A DNA stretch of 64,000 nucleotides from contig JAFYOX010000009.1 in the NCBI GenBank assembly GCA_017547755.1, positions 5,949 to 69,948 of the forward strand, written 5' to 3'. Both the position numbers and the translations under genes were made by a program. The notes beneath the pieces were generated by a model, which saw only the letters and a program-made list of their open reading frames with translations, searched no databases and had not been told where the DNA came from. Origin of the DNA: Clostridia bacterium (GTDB lineage: Bacteria; Bacillota; Clostridia; Oscillospirales; CAG-272). Within the stretch, counting starts at the first letter, position 1; every line of letters begins with the position of its first letter. Shown in pieces: positions 57,044-64,000 of this stretch.

Positions 57044-59194
57044 TCAGTTTTCCTTCACGGTCAGAACATACGGGGAAGCGAGAGGATTTCCCTTTTTGTC
57101 GGCAAAATTGATCTCCAGACCCCAGCGTCCGTCACGCATATACAGGCTTTCCGCCGACAGATCGACGTATGCCGCCGTATTGTACGCCATTTCGCCGAGG
57201 GAATAGCGGCAGGTGATCCGTCCGTCGTCGGTGATGAGCGTGACATCCGCATACGCCGGTACGGCATTTTCCGCCTGACAGCGCACGGTGAATCCGGTAA
57301 GAGTCGAGCCGGCAGCCGGTCTTCCCTGTCCTTCGGTTCCGTCTTCACCCGTCCAGAAGACCTGTTCCACGCCGTAATCTTCGCCTTCGGTGCCGATCGA
57401 ACGGACGAATTCGGAGATCTTTGCTACGTCATCGTCGGAGGTTCCTTCCGGAACAAAGTGACGGACGGCGTCCTCGATGGTCTTCGCGGAGCCGTTGTAC
57501 ATATACGGCGCGCTTCTCCAGACTTCCACGAGCGTGGGAGTCGCAAAATCACGGTTTTCCCAGCCGCCGTCCTTCCCGAGGATCGGAGAGGTGTGGTGCT
57601 TCAGGTCGGTGTACAGCGGTGCCGGATGGCACTGTACACAGCCGTACTGTTCGAAAAGTTCCTTCCCTTCCGCCGCCGTTTCGGTCAGCGTGCCGCCGAG
57701 TTCGAGCGCAGGCGATTCTTCGGGAAGCATGGATTTGAGGTATTCGTCGATCGCCCTGTTCGATTCCTCGTCGATCGTGTTGAACTGGATGAACTTCATC
57801 CCGGCACGGACCGCCGTGCCCGCGTCGGCGCGGATGCCGGTGATCATGACGGGCGGACAGCGGAACGTGTACATCATGGACACCGCCGATTTCGGATTGC
57901 CGAGACCGTCGTTGAGGTTGTCCCAGTTGAAGCCGTCCACACGTCCGTCGGGATGACAGGATGCGCAGGCTTCCCAGTTCTGATAGCACTTCGTCGCGTC
58001 GTACCACAGCGTTTCGCCGAGACGTACGATGTCCGCTTCCGGCTGTTCGCCGAGCGACAGGGTGGAAATGCTGAGATCGGAGGTATTCAGCACGGCGATG
58101 TCGCCGGTGAAATATTCGGTGCAGTAGAGTTTTCCGTCACGGAGCATGATGTCGCGGACACCTTCACCGGGAAGCTGGGTTCTTGTGCGGACAGCACTCA
58201 GGAGTCCGATCTCGTCGGCAAGTTCCCTGCCCGCTTTCATGGCGGCATCCAGCTTGTTCATCGGGAACGAGATGATCTCTCCCGTACCGGACGCCGCAAA
58301 GTAGGCGTTTTCCTCGTCAAAGGCGATGCCCCACGGGGATGCCGCGCCGAGGGTCACGTCGTCGAGCAGGATCGTGTTGACGTAGGAGTCGGTCGCCGCG
58401 TCGATGATGGCGAAACCATTCGAGTTGATCCACGCACCGTCGAGCTGGGTCGTGGGATACTGATAACGTGCGATCACGGCGGAAACGAACAGACGGCTTC
58501 CGTCGGGTGTGGCTTCGATGTCCTTCACGCCGCCGGTACCGTTGACGAGTTCGATGACTCCATCATATCGTACTGTCCGGACATCTTCCAGATCATGGAA
58601 TACATGAACAGATGCGCTGACGACGTCTTCATTTGCCGCGTCATCCGGAAGATGGCAGGCTACATAGAGTTTTCCGTTTGCAATTGCCGCCGCGATGGGT
58701 TCACGACTGACATTGAATGTCGAGGTATCACCATCGGTGGTCAGGTCAATCGCCGTCACCGTATCGGAAAACCGATTCGTGACATAAGCGATATTGCCCG
58801 CGAATTCCACATCGGTCGGGGTATGACCGACGGGGTATTCCTTTTCGATCTTGAGATCGGCACTCAGCACGGTCAGCGTGCCGTCGAGGCCGCCGCGGGT
58901 GACATAGACCTTGCCGTCATGCACCTTCACGCAGTGCGCGCCGCCTTCAAGATCGATCTGCGCCGCGATGCTGCCGTCGGCACCGAGCCGGATGACCCGT
59001 CCGCCGGTTTCGTCCGCCGCGTAGACCGTGCCGTCCTCAGCCGCGTACACGGACGAGGGCGATATGTAATTTTCCGCCGCGATCCGTGTCTCCGGCGTGG
59101 GAGTCACGTTATCCGAAGCGGGTTCCGCCTTGCCGCAGGAAGCGCACGCAAGCAGAAGAGCCGCCGCGAACAGCAGGGTAAATTTTGTTTTCAT
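57044..59194 (-). CDS. Lipoprotein fusing a YncE-like beta-propeller to a di-haem cytochrome c peroxidase (CCP/MauG-family) domain
   Basis: Lipobox LLLACASCG, propeller repeats (YVTNRFSDTVTAIDL, LYVACHLPDD), haem motifs CASCHPDG and CVQCHPAP, and the CCP signature TPTLVEVWRSAPYMYNGS. Confidence 0.8.
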   Translation of the reverse strand: MKTKFTLLFAAALLLACASCGKAEPASDNVTPTPETRIAAENYISPSSVYAAEDGTVYAADETGGRVIRLGADGSIAAQIDLEGGAHCVKVHDGKVYVTRGGLDGTLTVLSADLKIEKEYPVGHTPTDVEFAGNIAYVTNRFSDTVTAIDLTTDGDTSTFNVSREPIAAAIANGKLYVACHLPDDAANEDVVSASVHVFHDLEDVRTVRYDGVIELVNGTGGVKDIEATPDGSRLFVSAVIARYQYPTTQLDGAWINSNGFAIIDAATDSYVNTILLDDVTLGAASPWGIAFDEENAYFAASGTGEIISFPMNKLDAAMKAGRELADEIGLLSAVRTRTQLPGEGVRDIMLRDGKLYCTEYFTGDIAVLNTSDLSISTLSLGEQPEADIVRLGETLWYDATKCYQNWEACASCHPDGRVDGFNWDNLNDGLGNPKSAVSMMYTFRCPPVMITGIRADAGTAVRAGMKFIQFNTIDEESNRAIDEYLKSMLPEESPALELGGTLTETAAEGKELFEQYGCVQCHPAPLYTDLKHHTSPILGKDGGWENRDFATPTLVEVWRSAPYMYNGSAKTIEDAVRHFVPEGTSDDDVAKISEFVRSIGTEGEDYGVEQVFWTGEDGTEGQGRPAAGSTLTGFTVRCQAENAVPAYADVTLITDDGRITCRYSLGEMAYNTAAYVDLSAESLYMRDGRWGLEINFADKKGNPLASPYVLTVKEN

Positions 59195-59206
59195 AGATTT
59201 TCTCCA

Positions 59207-60004
59207 TTAATTATAAGTGTGCATCGACATTTCCGCCGCGTTCATGCCGTTCACGAAGAAGAACGTGACGATCACGCAGACAAATCCGGCGATCAGCAGG
59301 AGGTCGCGGAATTTCGAAAGTCCCGGCGTACGCCGGAAGTGCAGCCACGTCATGAACATCAGCCACGTGACGAGCGCCCAGCATTCCTTGATGTCCCAGC
59401 TCCAGAACGCGCCCCAGACTTCGTTTGCCCAGACCGCGCCGAGAAGCATCCCCGCCGTCATGCAGGGGAACAGGACGCATACGCAGTCGTAAATGCCGCC
59501 GTCCAGCTGCTTCACGCGGAGTCTGTCGCCGCGCACGAAGAATTTCGTCACCGTCATGGCAAATGCCGCTGCCGCCATGATGTACGCGATCACGTACACC
59601 AGGATATGCGGCAGGAACCACGGCGAACGGAGCGCCGGAGGAAACTGCCAGACCGCCGCGATGTCCATGAAGCACAGTCCGACCGACACCGTCAGTGAAC
59701 ATCCGATGAAATACGGAGCCGTCCAATGGAATTCCTTACGGACTTCCGCGTCACGGAAATACGCGATATAGAGGTACACCGCGCCGAACAGTGCCGCGGA
59801 AAACGTCAGGATCTGGTACATGCTCACGAACGGGACGTAGCCGTTCACGAGAAAATTGTGGATGACCAGCGTGACCGAGGCGGTTTCGGCAAGGAGCCAG
59901 AAGACCCTGCCGGGTCTCGTTTTTTTCAGAAGATACAGGACAAACGCCGCGCCGAAGCAGACCGTCTGCACGAAAATGAGGAGCCGGAGAAGGGAATCAG
60001 TCAT
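59207..60004 (-). CDS. ccsA: Cytochrome c biogenesis protein CcsA/ResC (System II haem handling)
   Basis: The Trp-rich WWD motif VWGAFWSWDIKECWALVTWL is present, with flanking His residues and multiple TM segments. ATG 60004 lies behind GGAGGA and gives an 8-nt overlap with the upstream gene. Confidence 0.8.
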   Translation of the reverse strand: MTDSLLRLLIFVQTVCFGAAFVLYLLKKTRPGRVFWLLAETASVTLVIHNFLVNGYVPFVSMYQILTFSAALFGAVYLYIAYFRDAEVRKEFHWTAPYFIGCSLTVSVGLCFMDIAAVWQFPPALRSPWFLPHILVYVIAYIMAAAAFAMTVTKFFVRGDRLRVKQLDGGIYDCVCVLFPCMTAGMLLGAVWANEVWGAFWSWDIKECWALVTWLMFMTWLHFRRTPGLSKFRDLLLIAGFVCVIVTFFFVNGMNAAEMSMHTYN

Positions 60005-60713
60005 GGCCGTCCTCCTTCTTTGTCGTCGATTTCGTCCGCACGGCATTGCCGATCAGAAGTTCGAGCACCGTTCCGGCGATCAGCAGGACCACGCCCGCTT
60101 TTACGGCGTATTCGCCGGGGTCACGGCGCAGGATGAGGTTGACGTAATCGGGAGCCGGAGTACCGTCTGCGGCGTAGGTAAAGCTCATGAGGTAGATCTT
60201 CCAGCCGTTTCTGCGGACGGGATGATTGACGGACAGGGTCTCGCCGTCGATCTTCAGCGTGACCGGATCGGCAAAGGAAAGATCGGCGTAATACTGCGTC
60301 TCGTACCCGGTCTCATCGTACTCGATCAGCCGGCTGTCCGCACGGAAGTGGAAGCCGAGATCGCAGATCTCGCCGTTTTCGCGCTGGATGTTCGAATAAA
60401 AGGTCTCGCCGCCGACCGGAACCGCCGCTGTGACGCTGTCGCCGGCAAATTCAAACAGGGCAAATCCCGCAAGAAGCAGGACGATCCCCGCGTGGGTCAG
60501 GTAAAAACCGCATTTTTTCGGCAGATTTCCCGACGGTTTTGCGAACACAAGGGACGCACCGGTGAAAAGACCGCCGACGGCGAGCACAGCCGAAACAGCC
60601 GTGCCGCGGAAGTCGGCGGAAGATCCTGTGGAAAAACCCACGGTAAGGATGAGGAAAAAGAGGGTGATCCCGAGCAGTCCGAGACTGACCGCGCCGGAGA
60701 TGCGGTTCCTCAC
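59997..60713 (-). CDS. Short ResB/CcsB-like cytochrome c biogenesis protein (238 aa)
   Basis: TM His motif YLTHAGIVLLLAG, then LSVNHPVRRNGWKIYL and RRDPGEYAVKAGVVLLIAG, as at ResB C-termini. The GTG start overlaps the HD gene stop (GTGA). Confidence 0.65.
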   Translation of the reverse strand: MRNRISGAVSLGLLGITLFFLILTVGFSTGSSADFRGTAVSAVLAVGGLFTGASLVFAKPSGNLPKKCGFYLTHAGIVLLLAGFALFEFAGDSVTAAVPVGGETFYSNIQRENGEICDLGFHFRADSRLIEYDETGYETQYYADLSFADPVTLKIDGETLSVNHPVRRNGWKIYLMSFTYAADGTPAPDYVNLILRRDPGEYAVKAGVVLLIAGTVLELLIGNAVRTKSTTKKEDGHD

Positions 60714-61282
60714 AGGTCGAAGCCGCCGCCGAACACTTCTTCGATCATCCGGCGGTATTCCTTGTAGATGAATTCGTCTTCGAGGTCAGTGAGCGCTTCT
60801 TCGAGAGCGGAACGGTGATACCAGTCGTGCGCGTACTTGTCAAGATTGTTGAAGGATTCCCAGATGGCATCGCCGTACTTGTGGAAGTGTGCGGCTACGG
60901 AACGCATATTGGAAAGCTTTGCGGAAAGAAGGACGATCTGCGCTTCTCTGGGAGCGATCTTCGTGCGTTCGTTGAAGGCAACCTTGCGTTCCTGCCAGGT
61001 TTCGTGTGCCGGACGTTCGCGCATCTTGTCTTCGCTGCACCACAGAACGATGTTGGTGATATTATCGCCGAATTCCGCACGGAGAATTTCTTCGGTAGCG
61101 GAAGTTTCTTCCAGAGTATCGTGCAGCATTGCCGCCGCGAGGACGTCTTCGTCTTCCGTGACCAGAGCGGCATTCGCTACGGTTTCGTACAGATGAATCA
61201 TACGGGGTTCGCCGCCGAGCTTACGGGTCTGACCTGCGTGATATTTTGCGGCAAATGCCGCCGCCTTTTCGAGAACAGTCAT
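60710..61282 (-). CDS. HD-domain phosphohydrolase (RelA/SpoT-hydrolase-like, HD_4 type)
   Basis: Contains KYHAGQTRKLGGEPRMIHLYETV and AAMLHDTLEET, which supply the H...HD metal ligands. GGAGGA RBS. Confidence 0.75.
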   Translation of the reverse strand: MTVLEKAAAFAAKYHAGQTRKLGGEPRMIHLYETVANAALVTEDEDVLAAAMLHDTLEETSATEEILRAEFGDNITNIVLWCSEDKMRERPAHETWQERKVAFNERTKIAPREAQIVLLSAKLSNMRSVAAHFHKYGDAIWESFNNLDKYAHDWYHRSALEEALTDLEDEFIYKEYRRMIEEVFGGGFDL

Positions 61283-61336
61283 GATATATTCCTCCGATAG
61301 TTTGATTTGAAATTTGAATACAGTTCTTCATTTTCC

Positions 61337-61345
61337 ATTATATCA
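61337..61345 (-). promoter_or_regulatory. Candidate extended -10 (TGATATAAT) for the HD-ccsBA-cytochrome operon
   Basis: The minus strand reads TGATATAAT, with a weak -35 (TTGTGC) 17 nt upstream. Confidence 0.5.
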
Positions 61346-61401
61346 CGAAAGAAACGGATGCACAAGATGATTTTTTCATTATCCCTGCGCTTTACAAAAA
61401 A

Positions 61402-61430
61402 TTGACATTTCTGCGGAAGTATAGTATACT
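61402..61430 (+). promoter_or_regulatory. Promoter of the sigma-TPR gene
   Basis: TTGACA, a 17-nt spacer, then TATACT. Confidence 0.7.
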
Positions 61431-61530
61431 GAAAAAAACGAAATTTCCCGAAAAATTTTCTCATTCCCGTAAAGAAATCCCGTTCTCCGGCGACTGTATA
61501 TACGAACCCGCTCTTCACGGAGGAAATACC

Positions 61531-62919
61531 ATGACCGAATATTATCCCTACCTGTACGGCTACATCGCCAGCCGCATCTCCTCACTCGCCGACACCGAGG
61601 ACATTCTGCAGGAAACCTACCTTGCCGCCGTCGTCTCCCGGACAACGCTGTCCGACGAAACCAAGCTGAAAGCATGGCTGCGCGGCATCGCGGACAACAA
61701 GATCAAACAGCATTACCGCCGTCAGGCGATCTACCGTACCCGTCACACCGGCGATTCATGGGACGACGCAGACGAAGCGCTCCCCGTTCCCGATACCGCC
61801 GCCGACCGGATGACCGCCGAAGCCGCGCTTGCCCGTCTGCAGGAGGAGGTCTCCCGTCTGCCGGACATTTTCCGGGGATGCGCGGTCGTTTCGCTGATGT
61901 GCGGACTTTCCGGCGCGGACGCCGCCGAAATCCTGAACGTTCCGGTGCAGACCGTGTACAACCGGGTTCACAAAACCAAGCTGATTCTGCGTGAAAAACT
62001 GGAGGACATTATGGAAATCTCTCTCGAAACCTTTGCCGCCCTGCTCGACGACGGAAAAACTCAGGTCGAGCGTACCTGCAAATATCTCCTGACCTTTTAC
62101 GACCTCAACGATGCGGAAAAATACGAGGACATCGCGGCTCTGCTTCTGACCGCGCCCGTGTTTGCCGCCGATTCCCCGATGGCGCACTACATCATCATGC
62201 AGTACTGCACGATGGCGATGCGGGTCATGCGCGGGCCGTCCCGCGATACGCTCCGTCCCGCACTGAAGCGGCTCGGGGAAGCGGAATTCCGGCTTGCGGA
62301 AAAGCTCGGACTGCGCGGCATCCTCGACGACGATACCGGCGAGGAGATCCCGGAAGCGCAGTTCTACAAATCCTTCGCGGATTTTTATTCGGCGATGGGA
62401 GACACCGAAGCGGCGCTTGCCGTCTGTCAGAAGATCCGGGAGCTCGGCGATCTGTCGGAAATGCAGTACGCGATGGTTCTGGAAGACGCCGGACAGTACC
62501 GGGAAGCCATCGAAATTTTCCGGAAGGAGATCGAAAAGATCGATCCGTCCAAGCCGTCCTACGACCGCTACATGGCGAACAACCGCATTTCGAACTGTCT
62601 GAAAGCGCTCGGCGAACACCGCGCACAGCTGGAATATCAGCTGAAAAATTACGACGCGGTCAAGCGCGGCATCATTTATGCCGATCCGAAAGCCAACGCG
62701 GAATTTCTCGGCGGCGAAGCGTACTATCTCGCCATGACCTATGCCTCCCTCGGGGAATTCGAAAATATGATGAAATATTTATCCGAAGCGGTCGCGGTCA
62801 ACAAAAACTACCGCGACTGGGCACGTGCGCAGGGTGCCTTTGCGAAGTATCTCAATAATGAGGAATTCATCCGGCTCTGCGGCACCGGCGAAGGAAGGCC
62901 GTACAGCATCCGCCGGTGA
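61531..62919 (+). CDS. ECF-like sigma-70 family factor with an approximately 290-aa C-terminal TPR-like extension
   Basis: ATG 61531 lies behind GGAGGA. Region 2 reads DILQETYLAAV...AWLRGIADNKI and the region 4 HTH reads LSGADAAEILNVPVQTVYNRVHKTK. Helical-repeat sequence follows (AMVLEDAGQYREAIEIFRKEIE, YYLAMTYASLGEFENMMKYLSEAV). Confidence 0.8.
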   Translation: MTEYYPYLYGYIASRISSLADTEDILQETYLAAVVSRTTLSDETKLKAWLRGIADNKIKQHYRRQAIYRTRHTGDSWDDADEALPVPDTAADRMTAEAALARLQEEVSRLPDIFRGCAVVSLMCGLSGADAAEILNVPVQTVYNRVHKTKLILREKLEDIMEISLETFAALLDDGKTQVERTCKYLLTFYDLNDAEKYEDIAALLLTAPVFAADSPMAHYIIMQYCTMAMRVMRGPSRDTLRPALKRLGEAEFRLAEKLGLRGILDDDTGEEIPEAQFYKSFADFYSAMGDTEAALAVCQKIRELGDLSEMQYAMVLEDAGQYREAIEIFRKEIEKIDPSKPSYDRYMANNRISNCLKALGEHRAQLEYQLKNYDAVKRGIIYADPKANAEFLGGEAYYLAMTYASLGEFENMMKYLSEAVAVNKNYRDWARAQGAFAKYLNNEEFIRLCGTGEGRPYSIRR

Positions 62920-62981
62920 GACGGAGAGCAGGGGAATCAGAAAACGTATTTATAATTATTGTATTTTCAATAAAAATCTTC

Positions 62982-63010
62982 TTGCAAAACGGGGCGGTTC
63001 CGTGTATAAT
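62982..63010 (+). promoter_or_regulatory. Promoter of the 63059 gene
   Basis: TTGCAA, a 17-nt spacer, then TATAAT. Confidence 0.7.
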
Positions 63011-63058
63011 GGACACAACACATTGTGAACGTTATATTTTCCGAAAGGAGTCTTTCCC

Positions 63059-64000
63059 ATGAAAAAATCCACACGTCTGACCGCCCTGTTTCTCGCGCTT
63101 CTGACCGGATGCTCCATGTTCGCCTCCTGCGCATCCGACAAGGCAGAGGAAAACGCCGCCTCCGCGGAAGTGACCGCAGAAGAACCGGCGGCCGCAGAAG
63201 AGATCGTACCGGAAGAAACCGAACCGGAGCTTGCAATGGATGACCTCGGCGAAGCCGACTTCGCCGGTGCGGAATATTTCATCGCAGGGCTCAGCAACCG
63301 TACTACGGACGCCGTTACGTCCGATGAGCTGAACGGCGAAGTCATCAACGACGCGCAGTACAATTCCGCCCGTACCGTCGAAGAACGCTTCAACGTCAAA
63401 ATCGGCTACGAAGACCTCGCAAACGCCGACGACCTGATGGAAACCGCGATCAAGGGCGTCGTTGCCAGCGGTGACGACAAATACTCCGTCGCGTTCGGCG
63501 TGGACACCCGTCAGATCACGCTCGGTCTCTCCGGACACTATTTCAACCTCAAGGACATCGCACAGTTCAATTTCGACCAGCCGTGGTGGATCGCGTCGAC
63601 CGACACCATCGCCATCGGGAACAAGGCGTACGTTGCGTCGTCCTATCTGTCCTACTACTGTCTGTACTACATGCGTACACTCGTCATGAACAAGGACCTC
63701 GCCGGAAACCTCGGCATCGAGATCCCGTACGACAAGGTCTTCGAAGGCGAATGGTACCTCGATGACCTGACCGAAATGGCGGCGATCGCCACGATCGACA
63801 CCGACGGCGACGGCAAGATGACGGATGCAGACCAGTACGGTCTCTCCTACGAAGTTCTCTACACGCTCCAGAGCTCGATGGGCATCAAGATCATCGAAAA
63901 GGATGAAAACAATATGCCCTATCTCGCGTTCGACCTTGACCGTGCGGCGACCTATCTCGCAAAGATCGAAAACCTCTGCAACAACTACGGCTTCTACGAA
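63059..64000 (+). CDS. Extracellular solute-binding-type lipoprotein, paralogue of 51222..52685; 3' end outside the window
   Basis: Absent from the ORF track because it is open at the window end. ATG 63059 lies behind AAAGGAG. My translation starts MKKSTRLTALFLALLTGCSMFASCAS, which contains a lipobox. The block ERFNVKIGYE parallels EKFNVTIEEN in the paralogue. Confidence 0.7.
   Translation, partial: MKKSTRLTALFLALLTGCSMFASCASDKAEENAASAEVTAEEPAAAEEIVPEETEPELAMDDLGEADFAGAEYFIAGLSNRTTDAVTSDELNGEVINDAQYNSARTVEERFNVKIGYEDLANADDLMETAIKGVVASGDDKYSVAFGVDTRQITLGLSGHYFNLKDIAQFNFDQPWWIASTDTIAIGNKAYVASSYLSYYCLYYMRTLVMNKDLAGNLGIEIPYDKVFEGEWYLDDLTEMAAIATIDTDGDGKMTDADQYGLSYEVLYTLQSSMGIKIIEKDENNMPYLAFDLDRAATYLAKIENLCNNYGFYE

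Noticed and set aside
53944-59698. Plus-strand ORFs of 1055 aa and 933 aa (53944..57111, 56897..59698), and similar shadows elsewhere (16598..18598 minus, 22760..25363 plus, 29745..31202 minus, 33834..35726 plus, 36123..37787 plus, 43952..46324 plus, 48354..51032 plus).
   Set aside because: Each lies opposite a gene with unambiguous motifs (DnaK, NrdD, Tex, PepP, CCP and others). Their composition is low-complexity and Arg-rich, and none has a plausible start context.

Overview
This is a 64-kb chromosomal segment of a high-GC anaerobic Firmicute. Gene content looks like Clostridia of the Oscillospiraceae/Ruminococcaceae type: CIRCE-hrcA-grpE-dnaK-dnaJ-prmA, ecfA1-ecfA2-ecfT-truA, a T-box leader, an SLH protein, a sensory [FeFe]-hydrogenase module, class III RNR with NrdR boxes, and an (S/P)PXTG sorting signal. 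I support about 48 protein genes, nearly all on the minus strand, plus 2 tRNAs (Gln-CUG, Leu-CAA), each with its own near-consensus promoter and terminator. I saw no rRNA, CRISPR array, transposase, integrase or phage genes. Most long ORFs opposite the real genes are high-GC antisense shadows. Main candidates for new biology, in order of interest: (1) A tightly coupled five-gene minus-strand cassette at 52945-61282. It encodes an HD protein, a miniature ResB/CcsB, CcsA, a beta-propeller/di-haem peroxidase lipoprotein, and a 1357-aa secreted protein with two CXXCH motifs and a discoidin domain. This amounts to c-type haem proteins with their own System II maturation genes in an otherwise fermentative context, next to a divergent sigma factor with a C-terminal TPR extension. 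(2) A complete T-box riboswitch in front of an XRE-HTH/cupin/acyl-CoA-synthetase fusion gene. (3) A P-type ATPase homologue with every catalytic motif degenerate. (4) A glycyl-radical-enzyme activase co-transcribed with an alpha/alpha-toroid-like protein and no glycyl-radical enzyme partner. (5) NrdD with a fused C-terminal CPNC redoxin domain. (6) A dispersed family of GGGGAAAC...GTTTCCCC palindromes with a conserved flank, including two copies of a roughly 220-bp nested composite palindromic element at convergent gene ends. All functional calls come from reading motifs by eye; no database search was run.
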